A DNA stretch of 64,000 nt from a virus, in the IMG/VR virus record IMGVR_UViG_3300050821_005889; one strand, written 5' to 3'. Under the pieces are notes generated by a model. That model saw only the letters and a list, made by a program, of their open reading frames with translations, searched no databases and was not told the DNA's origin. Every line of letters begins with the position of its first letter. Within the stretch, counting starts at the first letter, position 1. This document shows positions 23,098-32,210 of the stretch, piece after piece. The translations under genes were made by a program, and so were the position numbers.

Positions 23098-23706
23098 ATG
23101 AAAGCACTAAGACGAAAAGACAATAAAGAATGGGTTGTTTTTAGTGACGCCGGATTCTTTGTATCTAAGTATCCAGATTCGCTTGCGGACGAAGCTACTA
23201 TGGAAGGCATTAAAGAATACATAGAAGTATTAGGAGAGCCACTTAGCCAGGAGCTTATTGAATCTCTTGAGCAATACGAAATAGTGGATGTGGAGTTTTG
23301 GGTGCCTGCGGATAACCCGGTACCGGATAGTATTGAAGGAGACATACGAAGCAATCAGGATGAACTACTATTTAAGGGTTACACAAAAATGCCTGTGTAT
23401 GACAAGAAAGCAGATGATGAAAAATCAATGCTTGACATATTGTTGAAGTGGCTTGCGGATGCCAGTGCTTTTGGTTTTGGAAAAGTTCTTATATCGTTTG
23501 ACTCAAAGGATAAGGCTGAAAAATTCAGAACTACACTTAAACAGGAGTTCAAACCTATACGAACACACAAAACTAAAGGTGACGATGTTATGGTTCATGG
23601 ACTTGATAGCCTTTGGTTTGGTAGAGTTGTATTATATTATCCTAATGACAGCGAATGTGACGACCAGATTATTGAAGGAGACATACGAAACGAAATACAT
23701 CTATGA
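23098..23706 (+). CDS. hypothetical protein (202 aa) with internal exact 20-nt repeat
   Basis: TATTGAAGGAGACATACGAA occurs at 23331..23350 and 23670..23689, encoding IEGDIR both times. Confidence 0.65.
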   Translation: MKALRRKDNKEWVVFSDAGFFVSKYPDSLADEATMEGIKEYIEVLGEPLSQELIESLEQYEIVDVEFWVPADNPVPDSIEGDIRSNQDELLFKGYTKMPVYDKKADDEKSMLDILLKWLADASAFGFGKVLISFDSKDKAEKFRTTLKQEFKPIRTHKTKGDDVMVHGLDSLWFGRVVLYYPNDSECDDQIIEGDIRNEIHL

Positions 23707-24032
23707 CCATCGGCGACAGTCCATTTAATTATTCTAAATCGCCATCACAGGCCGCAGCATTGCCTAACTCACGCAAGTTGGAAGACCTGTTTTTCAAAGG
23801 CTACTTCACTATGAAGCCATCCGCCAAAGATGTCCTGATGTATATTGTTGGGGTATTACCTGCTGGTAAGGACTATGTAGAACTCAAGGCTCCAAAGGTC
23901 ATGAAGTCCACCGGCATCAAATCCAATGAGACCTATTACCGCAGCCTTAAGACCCTCATGGAAAGGGGGTATATTGCCAGGTCGCTAAAGCAGGGGACTT
24001 ACTTCATTAACCTCAATAAAATGTTTATATGA
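23703..24032 (+). CDS. winged-helix DNA-binding protein (109 aa)
   Basis: VLMYIVGVLPAGKDYVELKAPKVMKSTGIKSNETYYRSLKTLMERGYIARSLKQGTYFINLNKMF. Same wHTH pattern as the 19555..20151 product. Confidence 0.5.
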   Translation: MTIGDSPFNYSKSPSQAAALPNSRKLEDLFFKGYFTMKPSAKDVLMYIVGVLPAGKDYVELKAPKVMKSTGIKSNETYYRSLKTLMERGYIARSLKQGTYFINLNKMFI

Positions 24033-24112
24033 TAGCTGTTATTTTGTCTGTAGTCAGCTTAGTACTAAGTGTGTATAGTCTTTTATCGGCATTAAAAAAT
24101 AAAAACAAATGA
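24029..24112 (+). CDS. micro-protein with TM helix (27 aa)
   Basis: MIAVILSVVSLVLSVYSLLSALKNKNK. ATGA overlaps at both ends. Confidence 0.35.
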   Translation: MIAVILSVVSLVLSVYSLLSALKNKNK

Positions 24113-24219
24113 TGGGCTGGCATAATTTTATTACAATCGTTGTAATGATAATTTTATTGTCCCTGTTCCTGGGAGCATACCTTAATAAAAAAGACGATGA
24201 TGAACAAGATAACCCTTAA
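24109..24219 (+). CDS. micro-protein with TM helix (36 aa)
   Basis: MMGWHNFITIVVMIILLSLFLGAYLNKKDDDEQDNP. Confidence 0.35.
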   Translation: MMGWHNFITIVVMIILLSLFLGAYLNKKDDDEQDNP

Positions 24220-24862
24220 CGACAAAGTGTTTATAGAGATTCCTATAGCGTTGTGTACTAATGAACAACTTGATTTCAATGAAGGATTTCATCCTGTAAC
24301 AGTAGTTGAAAATAATCGCAAGACCTTTCACTGGGCAAGATATAATGGTGCTAACTGGCATTCAGATACCACCGGGGCGCATGTTATACCTATTTGTATA
24401 TATATACCCGAAGACATGGTTCCAATAGAGCTTAAGGAAGAGCCGTCACAGCAGGAAATAGAATCCGGTCTTATGTTTGGAATTATTCAACCTGTACCTA
24501 TCCGGCTTAAGGCGTATGATAAGAAGAATAAAATTATATCCCAGGTGCTGTGTGTGAACTGGGAAGATAAATTTATGACAGTGCGAAGCGGGGCGAGGGG
24601 AGCTATATTGAGGCCGCTCCACGAAATGCACATCTTAAGGATGAGTGAGTTTTTTGATTGCAATGATACAGAGTGTAAAGAGCTTGATGTGGTAGAGGTG
24701 CCGGAGCCACGGCATCTTACACGGATTATAACTTATCATAAGACCGGGGAATGGAGGCTTGCCGATAAGCGTGGCAGGAGCCAGCGTATATTTCAGAAAG
24801 ATTGGAAAGGACTTAAAATAATAGGGCACTATCTCATTAACAAGGAGGAACTAAAAGATTAA
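24197..24862 (+). CDS. hypothetical protein (221 aa)
   Basis: ATG at 24197. Confidence 0.65.
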   Translation: MMNKITLNDKVFIEIPIALCTNEQLDFNEGFHPVTVVENNRKTFHWARYNGANWHSDTTGAHVIPICIYIPEDMVPIELKEEPSQQEIESGLMFGIIQPVPIRLKAYDKKNKIISQVLCVNWEDKFMTVRSGARGAILRPLHEMHILRMSEFFDCNDTECKELDVVEVPEPRHLTRIITYHKTGEWRLADKRGRSQRIFQKDWKGLKIIGHYLINKEELKD

Positions 24863-25143
24863 TGGGAACGCTGCAAGAATCTATTTTTATGCAACACAGG
24901 ATGACCATTATGCTTATGGATAAAGATGACCAGCCATCTGACGTGATACAGATAATGATTTTCACTGTACCTAATGCCTGTGTTGCAGACCTGGCGGATG
25001 GATATGGATTATGGAATACCGATACTAATAAGGTGTTGTTGCTGGAAGAAAGATATATAGAGTTCCTGTCATGCAGGACACAAAAACAACAGGGAGAATT
25101 TTTTGCCAGGCTCACTAAGACATCCAGCAGGCTACTCGGTTAA
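24862..25143 (+). CDS. hypothetical protein (93 aa)
   Basis: TAATG overlap with the upstream gene. Confidence 0.55.
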   Translation: MGTLQESIFMQHRMTIMLMDKDDQPSDVIQIMIFTVPNACVADLADGYGLWNTDTNKVLLLEERYIEFLSCRTQKQQGEFFARLTKTSSRLLG

Positions 25144-25176
25144 AAGATATTAACATTTTATATGTTTACATGACAC

Positions 25177-25209
25177 TTTGTCAGTATGACATTTTGTCTG
25201 CTAAATTTG
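25177..25209 (+). promoter_or_regulatory. Bacteroidota-type promoter of the capsid operon, overlapped by two direct repeats
   Basis: TTTG (25177..25180), 21 nt, then TAAATTTG (25202..25209). ATGACA[CT]TTTGTC occurs twice, at 25170..25182 and 25186..25198. Confidence 0.5.
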
Positions 25210-25234
25210 GGGTAACCAAAAATAGCTACACAAA

Positions 25235-26488
25235 ATGCCTGAAAATCAAACAGCGCCTGCGCAAGACCAGACCTCGGTAATACCACCGGAGCTGCTTAGC
25301 GTATTATCTCTCGCAGAAGCCAATGGCGGAGATGCCCTGGCAGACGCAATGAAAATCCTGGAACGCAATGACATTAAAATCGTAGGAGCGGACAACAAAG
25401 GAATTTATGACGACAGGAATACCCCAGGCCAACAGGCTCCTGTACAGCAGAATGCACCGGCACCTGCCCAGGCTCCTAATCCAGCCCCCGCTCCGGCAAA
25501 ACAGAACACAGACCCAAACAACATACTCAATGATTTTATAGAGCCCAATGCGGCTCCGGCAAATAGTATCGTAGCCAACTCCATCGAAGACATCACAAAA
25601 ATCCTTAAGGATAAGTACAATATCCAGGATATACCCACATTCCTTGAGTCGGCTGACAAGTGGCGTTCAAAAGCCACCCAGTCCGAACAGGAGATACAAA
25701 GACTCCAGAACTTTAAAGGAGCATGGGACAACCTTCCCCCTGACTTACAGGACGTAATGGTTGCCTATTATGAGAACCGGGACTATACAGAAATATTAAA
25801 CAGTCCCAAATTCATCAATCTTAATAAGCCTTTTGAACAGCAGGATATAGCTAAGGTAGTTCGCTATCTTAATCCTGACATCAACCTTAGCAATAAGGAT
25901 GCAGATGATTATGTTGACTTGGGAGACATCAAAGACCCCAGCGTAAAGGCTTTAATCAATACAGCAAAGACTCAATACGCCCGTGAACAGGCTTCTTATA
26001 AAGCCAACCTGACCTCGCAAAAAACTGCACAGCAAGAAGACCAACGCAAGTTCGTTTCCTCTGTCGATGCGTCGTTGCAAAAGTTGACTACAACTCTTCC
26101 TACCACAGCCGCAGAGCGCGTCAAAGACGTTGCCGGTGTGCTTAAGAGCGGAGATATAGAAGGCTCTTTGTTCTACCAGGGTGATTTATTGAGAGAGGAT
26201 GCTGCCGAGCGCGCCTACTATGCCCTTCATGGTAAAGCACTTATTGCTGCTGCAAAAGAAAAAATTGCAGAGCTCAATAAGACCATTGAGACCACGGTAA
26301 GTGGCGGTAGCGGTGACCAGCCTCGCCAGTTCAAGAGAGGGTCTAATGGTCAGGCTCCAAAACCACGGGAAGTGGAACATGCAGAGGAGTTCGCAAACGC
26401 GGTATCAAAGAGAGGGTCTGTTTACGACCCTGACCCGCAGAAAGATGAGAACGCCCGTAAAAATGCACGTCCTGCCTGGGTCAGTTAA
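25235..26488 (+). CDS. putative scaffolding protein
   Basis: 417 aa. Contains a Pro/Ala/Gln low-complexity segment (QQAPVQQNAPAPAQAPNPAPAPAKQ) and long helical stretches. Lies directly upstream of the putative capsid gene. Position-based call. Confidence 0.45.
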   Translation: MPENQTAPAQDQTSVIPPELLSVLSLAEANGGDALADAMKILERNDIKIVGADNKGIYDDRNTPGQQAPVQQNAPAPAQAPNPAPAPAKQNTDPNNILNDFIEPNAAPANSIVANSIEDITKILKDKYNIQDIPTFLESADKWRSKATQSEQEIQRLQNFKGAWDNLPPDLQDVMVAYYENRDYTEILNSPKFINLNKPFEQQDIAKVVRYLNPDINLSNKDADDYVDLGDIKDPSVKALINTAKTQYAREQASYKANLTSQKTAQQEDQRKFVSSVDASLQKLTTTLPTTAAERVKDVAGVLKSGDIEGSLFYQGDLLREDAAERAYYALHGKALIAAAKEKIAELNKTIETTVSGGSGDQPRQFKRGSNGQAPKPREVEHAEEFANAVSKRGSVYDPDPQKDENARKNARPAWVS

Positions 26489-26514
26489 TTTTTAACCCCT
26501 AAAGAAAACAACAA

Positions 26515-27771
26515 ATGCAACTTTTCACGTTTCCCTCACCTTCATTCAACAACGCAGAGTTGAATGCGCCGGGCTCCAATTATGCCCAGCAATACGGTAA
26601 GGATACGACCAAGCTCATAATGGAAATCATACGCAAGACCATCTTCGATGCCGTTCCTGCTGATTACTATGACCTGGCAATCCTTAATATGCAAAATGCG
26701 AAATTTGTCTCTGGTGACGAGCATATATACTTTGAAAAAAGTATCCAGCGCCAGGGTATCCTTACCACTGTCCTTTCAGGTAATATTGCTGCCGGTAGCG
26801 TACAGATCATCCCCATCACTAATATTGATGATGCTGGCGTAGACTACATTGTGCAGAATACAACCACGCAGGTAAGGGGTACTATCACCTCCGTGAATAC
26901 AACCCTGGGCACCATGACCGTTCAGGCTTATTCAGGGCAGACCTTGCCACAGCTTAATTCCGGGTCTCAGTACACCTACATCCTGTCTACCTCTGTAGAT
27001 GGTGACGGAACAAGCAACATCACCCAGTCTCAGCGTTTGGACAACCTGATTGAACGTTATAATTATGTTCAGCAGTTTGCAAGGCGTACAGACTATGGTC
27101 GTATGGAAAAGTTCAAGTATGACAAAATCGGCACTACCGATTACGTTACCGAAAACAAGAAAGAGCTTATCAACCAGTATCGTATGGACTTGTCCAACGC
27201 TATGTGGAACGGTGAGCGCGGTGAGGTAACATTGTCAAACGGGACAAAGGTTAAAACAATGGGCGGCCACTATCCAACCATGTTGGCAGCAGGCTCTGTT
27301 CAGATTTCAACCACCATTTCCAACCTGCCGGATGCAGTGATGCAGGCTCACTACCTTTCCCGTTACGGGACAGGAAACTACGTGCGTATGTTATATGCCG
27401 TACCTGAAATGATTCACAACATTGCTGTTGCCCTCAAACAACCTTTGATTCGCTGGCAGCCAAAGAATGATACTGCTGCTGATTTAGGGCTGGAGTATAT
27501 GAGCTTTGGTGATGGCAAACTGGTGTTTGTTCCAATGCAACGCTGGGAACAGAAGTCTAATTGCTTCTCTGCCGATTGGGAAAAGAGGATAATCCTTTTA
27601 GACCAGCAGAACATCATACCTGTTCTGGCATGGGGCGAACGTACCGGGTACATTGGAGACCGTTCCCAGAATCCATATACTTTCAATAACTACTCAACTG
27701 AGTACATTGAAGGAACTATGAGCGTGGAGCACAACAATCCACTTGCCGGTGCAATCATCGACGTAATGTAA
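26515..27771 (+). CDS. putative major capsid protein
   Basis: 418 aa. Follows the scaffold-like gene, has its own strong promoter upstream and a 13-bp hairpin directly downstream. No motif-level proof. Confidence 0.55.
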   Translation: MQLFTFPSPSFNNAELNAPGSNYAQQYGKDTTKLIMEIIRKTIFDAVPADYYDLAILNMQNAKFVSGDEHIYFEKSIQRQGILTTVLSGNIAAGSVQIIPITNIDDAGVDYIVQNTTTQVRGTITSVNTTLGTMTVQAYSGQTLPQLNSGSQYTYILSTSVDGDGTSNITQSQRLDNLIERYNYVQQFARRTDYGRMEKFKYDKIGTTDYVTENKKELINQYRMDLSNAMWNGERGEVTLSNGTKVKTMGGHYPTMLAAGSVQISTTISNLPDAVMQAHYLSRYGTGNYVRMLYAVPEMIHNIAVALKQPLIRWQPKNDTAADLGLEYMSFGDGKLVFVPMQRWEQKSNCFSADWEKRIILLDQQNIIPVLAWGERTGYIGDRSQNPYTFNNYSTEYIEGTMSVEHNNPLAGAIIDVM

Positions 27772-27789
27772 CTGTTTGTTTAGGTTTAA

Positions 27790-27826
27790 GTAACAGGGTG
27801 GGTTCCGTTCCATCCCATCCTGTTAC
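27790..27826 (+). terminator. strong hairpin after the capsid gene
   Basis: GTAACAGGGTGGG-11 nt-CCCATCCTGTTAC, a 13-bp stem with one G-U pair. No U-tract. Confidence 0.45.
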
Positions 27827-27836
27827 CCACACCTTT

Positions 27837-28106
27837 ATGATTTCACAACCAATCAATATGGCAAGCAAAGAAGGAATCTGTAACGTCTGTATAGACAAAG
27901 CGGACAATGGCGTAACCCTATGCTGGGAAGTAAGGACTAAAAGACCTTCCGGCGGTAAGGGGACTTACGACACAATGGACATGAATTACGAATACAAGAA
28001 AGAGGTATATACTAAAAATGATATACCTAAAGCTCTTGAGCGTATTGAAGACCTCATTGAAGAAATGACAGGGGTAGAAAAAGCAGAAACAGAAGAAGAA
28101 TATTAA
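27837..28106 (+). CDS. hypothetical protein (89 aa)
   Basis: The track start 27798 is GTG and lies inside the hairpin. In-frame ATGs at 27837 and 27858. Confidence 0.6.
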   Translation: MISQPINMASKEGICNVCIDKADNGVTLCWEVRTKRPSGGKGTYDTMDMNYEYKKEVYTKNDIPKALERIEDLIEEMTGVEKAETEEEY

Positions 28107-28121
28107 AACCAAAACCAATTT

Positions 28122-28364
28122 ATGATACCATCAATAGGAAGAATCGTAATTTACAAACCTCGCGAAAAAGAACTCATCAAACTTGGCGGCAACCATGAAA
28201 ACGGGACAACCGAATGCCCTGCCATTATAGTTAATGTTTGGGGGGATACAGAGGATTCCTGTGCCAATCTTAAAGTGATAGGCGATTCGGATAGAAACAT
28301 CTGGGTTACTTCTGCCTCGCAAGGTGAAGCGGAAGGCGAGTGGCATGAACCAACAAAAAAATAA
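28122..28364 (+). CDS. hypothetical protein (80 aa)
   Basis: Leader AAAACCAAAACCAAT is shared with the next gene. Confidence 0.6.
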   Translation: MIPSIGRIVIYKPREKELIKLGGNHENGTTECPAIIVNVWGDTEDSCANLKVIGDSDRNIWVTSASQGEAEGEWHEPTKK

Positions 28365-28376
28365 AAACCAAAACCA

Positions 28377-29192
28377 ATGAAACTTTACGATAAAGACGAC
28401 ATCTTTGGTGGCGCAGAAGAAGCTCCAAGAGACCCACAGAAACAACCACAGAGACCGGGAGCGCCTGTAGAACAGGAAAAGCCAGCGTCCCCGGTAAAAC
28501 ATCTGACCCAGAAAGAGGGAACTAACATCACCGATATTAAAGGTGTATTGGAAGCCCTTCGCGGCAACCCGGAACTGTTAGCTCAGTTCAAGACCCTTAT
28601 GGGCACCGGCGTCATTCCTTCCAATAATGATAACTATAATGACATTGACCTGGAAGACACGTTGGATGTCCCGGTTACTTTCTTTACCTATTGTATAGCT
28701 TATGTCACCCTGGATGATAAACGCTTTGGCAGGGAAGTAAAAAACCCGGCAGGGCGCAGGATAAACTTCAAGCATGTGCAGACCCTGCGTATTGCAGGTG
28801 GTCGCCCACGGGATGATAAGTGGATTCAGATTTCCACTTATACCACCTGGAGCAAGAAGGAAGCTATGTGGCTCGAAAGACATTCCAAGTTCAATGTGAA
28901 GTTCCACAAGACTGTACAAAAGGAACATGCCGAAAACACAGAGCTTATGCTTGCACAGATGGAAGCCAGCTCTTACGTATCGGCGCTTGGTCAACATGAA
29001 CTCCTTGCTGACTATAAAAACAATATCAACCCGGTACCTAACACAGACTTTGATTTTATGAAGAGCAAGGTATATGAATGGCATGTGAACCGCATCCTGG
29101 AGATACACAAGAGAACACGCCAGGCTGTAGTACAGCAAACATTCAATACACTGGAGTCGCTCAACCCGGCAGGAAGCCCACAGCGCAAATAG
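28377..29192 (+). CDS. hypothetical structural-module protein (271 aa)
   Basis: ATG at 28377. Confidence 0.7.
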   Translation: MKLYDKDDIFGGAEEAPRDPQKQPQRPGAPVEQEKPASPVKHLTQKEGTNITDIKGVLEALRGNPELLAQFKTLMGTGVIPSNNDNYNDIDLEDTLDVPVTFFTYCIAYVTLDDKRFGREVKNPAGRRINFKHVQTLRIAGGRPRDDKWIQISTYTTWSKKEAMWLERHSKFNVKFHKTVQKEHAENTELMLAQMEASSYVSALGQHELLADYKNNINPVPNTDFDFMKSKVYEWHVNRILEIHKRTRQAVVQQTFNTLESLNPAGSPQRK

Positions 29193-29250
29193 GCCGTGAC
29201 TGTTTAGAAACAGTTTGATATAATCAGTTTATTAAATACTGTAGCTGCAA

Positions 29251-29258
29251 TAACTTTG
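29251..29258 (+). promoter_or_regulatory. -7 box TAACTTTG, 4 nt from the ATG
   Basis: TAACTTTG-CTTC-ATG(29263). No clear -33 element. Confidence 0.35.
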
Positions 29259-29262
29259 CTTC

Positions 29263-30009
29263 ATGCCAATAGTTTGTCAGGATATAGTGAATCAGGTAGC
29301 TGCGGAGTTAGGGGCAGAAGGCAATGATTATTATTTGTGGACGAGGGATTACATGCCTGCCATAAAACTTGCTATCAAGGACATGGTGAAGGCTATCCGT
29401 GACAAGCTGGGCAGCAATTCCTTCACAGAGCAGGCGGCGCAGGAACTTAAGCAGAACATTATCTATCAGACCAATGCCTTTAGCCGGTTCAGGATTACGG
29501 ATGACATATTTTCATTGGTTGCCGTCATACCAGAGCCTACTATGTCTCCATCTAATCCATCTATCACATCTGGCACTACTTCACAATCATTCAAGCGTAC
29601 CGATGTGGCTTTCCTGGGGTCAACCCATACCGCTACACGCCAGACAGATAATGAGTTCTATCTTGGTCAGGGCAATCCTTTCCAGGACGGATTTGCACTG
29701 GAACCGGAAAGAAATATAAGGACATACTCTTATATTCTGTATGGTGATTCTACAGCAGGAAGCTATGCAGCAGGAGGAAGCGAAATAGGATTGAGTCCGG
29801 CTGTCAATGTTGGGTTTGTGGCTATATCCCAGCTCATCAATCCTACAGAGCCGGTAAATATTACGGACTCCATTCAGTTCCCAATGAACCTGAAAAGTAT
29901 TATAGTGTTATTTACCAAACATCACATAACTTTTAAACCCTTAGATTCCAGTCAAATCAATTTAACTACAATGGATGAAATCACGCAAGCATTAAAAGCC
30001 TTTGAATAA
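29263..30009 (+). CDS. hypothetical structural-module protein (248 aa)
   Basis: ATG at 29263. Confidence 0.7.
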   Translation: MPIVCQDIVNQVAAELGAEGNDYYLWTRDYMPAIKLAIKDMVKAIRDKLGSNSFTEQAAQELKQNIIYQTNAFSRFRITDDIFSLVAVIPEPTMSPSNPSITSGTTSQSFKRTDVAFLGSTHTATRQTDNEFYLGQGNPFQDGFALEPERNIRTYSYILYGDSTAGSYAAGGSEIGLSPAVNVGFVAISQLINPTEPVNITDSIQFPMNLKSIIVLFTKHHITFKPLDSSQINLTTMDEITQALKAFE

Positions 30010-30644
30010 TGAAAAGAATAGAAATGATAGGACAAGTTTTTGAAATGCTAACGGTTATGGAATACGCTGGCAGCAAAAAGACAAGTACGTATTACTTATG
30101 CCAATGCTCTTGCGGCAACAAAATAACAACAACTCGAAGATGGCTGATAAATGGTAGAGCTAAAAGCTGTGGGTGTAGTAAAAATAACTTTATATCCCGC
30201 TCAAATACAAGGCACGGAGAATCGCAACCAGGAAAAAAGACAGTTGAGTACATGACATGGAATGGAATAAAAAATAGATGCTATAACGAAAAAGACCATA
30301 ATTATGACAAGTATGGGGGTCGTGGAATATCGGTATGCAGCAGATGGATTGAGAGTTATGATAATTTTTTATCCGATATGGGGAGACGTCCTCCTGGTAA
30401 ATATTCATTAGATAGAATAGATAATAATAAAGGATACTCTCCAGATAACTGTAGGTGGGCTACAAATAAAGAACAGTCAAGAAATACAAGGACAAATAGA
30501 ATCATTGAATTTAAGGGTCAAGAAATGACCTTAACAGAATGGTCTGAAACATTAGGATTGAAAGTATTCACGTTAGCCATGAAATTAAAAAGTAAAACAA
30601 TTCCAGAGATAATTAAAATTCAATCGCTCTGTAGAGCAGTCTAA
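30009..30644 (+). CDS. homing-endonuclease-like DNA-binding protein (Zn-ribbon + YGGRGI/DRIDN/NCRWAT motif family)
   Basis: CQCSCGN...SCGCSK followed by WNGIKNRCYN...YGGRGISVCSRW...SLDRIDNNKGYSPDNCRWATNKEQSRN. This pattern is common in free-standing phage HNH/AP2-type genes. Inserted between structural genes. Confidence 0.55.
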   Translation: MKRIEMIGQVFEMLTVMEYAGSKKTSTYYLCQCSCGNKITTTRRWLINGRAKSCGCSKNNFISRSNTRHGESQPGKKTVEYMTWNGIKNRCYNEKDHNYDKYGGRGISVCSRWIESYDNFLSDMGRRPPGKYSLDRIDNNKGYSPDNCRWATNKEQSRNTRTNRIIEFKGQEMTLTEWSETLGLKVFTLAMKLKSKTIPEIIKIQSLCRAV

Positions 30645-31369
30645 TGAAAAGAGTTTCTTACAGATATTTAGCTTTTAGCTCTTTGGCTGCACTCAAGAAA
30701 GTGTTTGCCGATAGCGACATTAAGTTGCTCGACATTTTATTCTGGGTCAAGATGGCCGTCAACTCCGTTGTTGCCAAGACCCTTACCGGCAAGCCTCCTA
30801 CCGGCTCCTATCTTGCCACCTTTACTAATGTTCCTGTTATCTATAATAATAAAGACAATGGCAGCCTGTTGTTCCGAAAAAAATACCTGTCCCTCCCGGC
30901 AAACATATTTGACCTGCCACTGGACAATGCTATAGACTGGATGAACTTCCGTAATCCTTCCTTCATTCCTAATTGCGGGTGTAAAGAACATTTTACTTTT
31001 CAGCGCTCCACACTGGTTCAGATAAAGCTCATGTATGATACCGCTTTTGAAAAACCGGGCATAGAAGATAATTTCTATTTCGTAAGGGTCAACGACCTGT
31101 TATATTTATTTGGAATAGAAGACGTGCAGGTCAAGGCGGTAGATATGGCAATAAGAACCTCAGTTAGTCCGTACATCAGCTCGATGACGCTGGACGATGA
31201 AGTAATGCTTAATGACGAACAGGTTCTGGATGTCATCAGCAAAGTAGTCAGTATAGGGCGTTATGTCATGATGGTTCCAAAAGAAAGAGTGGAAGACGGA
31301 ACGGATACTACAGCTACGCCTCCAGGAAGGGTTATACAGCCGGAACAAACTGCCGGTATTGGACAATAA
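30644..31369 (+). CDS. hypothetical structural-module protein (241 aa)
   Basis: TAATG overlap with the upstream gene. Confidence 0.7.
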   Translation: MKRVSYRYLAFSSLAALKKVFADSDIKLLDILFWVKMAVNSVVAKTLTGKPPTGSYLATFTNVPVIYNNKDNGSLLFRKKYLSLPANIFDLPLDNAIDWMNFRNPSFIPNCGCKEHFTFQRSTLVQIKLMYDTAFEKPGIEDNFYFVRVNDLLYLFGIEDVQVKAVDMAIRTSVSPYISSMTLDDEVMLNDEQVLDVISKVVSIGRYVMMVPKERVEDGTDTTATPPGRVIQPEQTAGIGQ

Positions 31370-31411
31370 AAGTAGTTAATAAAATTACTGTGAATAGATT
31401 GGCAGTCTGGA

Positions 31412-31419
31412 TAACTTTG
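31412..31419 (+). promoter_or_regulatory. -7 box TAACTTTG, 5 nt from the ATG
   Basis: TAACTTTG-TCGTT-ATG(31425). Confidence 0.35.
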
Positions 31420-31424
31420 TCGTT

Positions 31425-32210
31425 ATGATTACAGTCAACGATTTTATTCCACTTGGGCAAATGCTGCGTGACGTAAGCACCCGCACTGGTGACCCTGAAT
31501 ATAAGAGCGGTCTTACCCGTGGATGGTACATCCAGGTGATAAGGGACGCCCTGGATTCGTTGGCTTTCTCAGGTTATCCGCAAAGGGTCACACTTGATTT
31601 TGATTTTCCTAAAGTAAGTTTCAGGATGGATTGGCCTAAAGGTGTATTTAACATACAGGAAGTATATGGTATCAACGGAGATGATTGCAGTGTTACCAAT
31701 GCACAAAATATATATTGGAAAAGAGAGTTCAACCCTTTACCATACGGTAAAGGATATACAGCAGCGAGACAGGAATCAGGTAGCGCCAATGATGCCGCCA
31801 GCGATATAGTGAACACAGACCCTTTTAATGGAAAATTCTTTTCGTTCCTGGCAATGGAAGGAGAGACGCTCTATTATTTTAATGTACAGAATGGGGTATT
31901 GTTTTTTTCCAATACCTGTAGCACATTTGATAAAATACGTATAGTGTGTTCCGGTACCTACGGCGACATAGATAACCTCCCTTGCGTTCCAAGACCATTA
32001 AAGAAATTTGTGATGGATTATGGTCGTCATGAGTTTTATATAGCTAAAGCAAATGAATCTCCCGGTTTATTAAAGATGGCAGAAAAGGCATATCAGGATA
32101 TGTATGACGTAAAAGTAGGAAGCTGGTGGCAGGCAATGAAATTTATGAAGTCTGTGGATAAGAAAAAGAATGAAGACCTGGATGAATATAACAGAAGGGG
32201 GAACTGGTAA
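31425..32210 (+). CDS. hypothetical structural-module protein (261 aa)
   Basis: ATG at 31425. Confidence 0.7.
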   Translation: MITVNDFIPLGQMLRDVSTRTGDPEYKSGLTRGWYIQVIRDALDSLAFSGYPQRVTLDFDFPKVSFRMDWPKGVFNIQEVYGINGDDCSVTNAQNIYWKREFNPLPYGKGYTAARQESGSANDAASDIVNTDPFNGKFFSFLAMEGETLYYFNVQNGVLFFSNTCSTFDKIRIVCSGTYGDIDNLPCVPRPLKKFVMDYGRHEFYIAKANESPGLLKMAEKAYQDMYDVKVGSWWQAMKFMKSVDKKKNEDLDEYNRRGNW

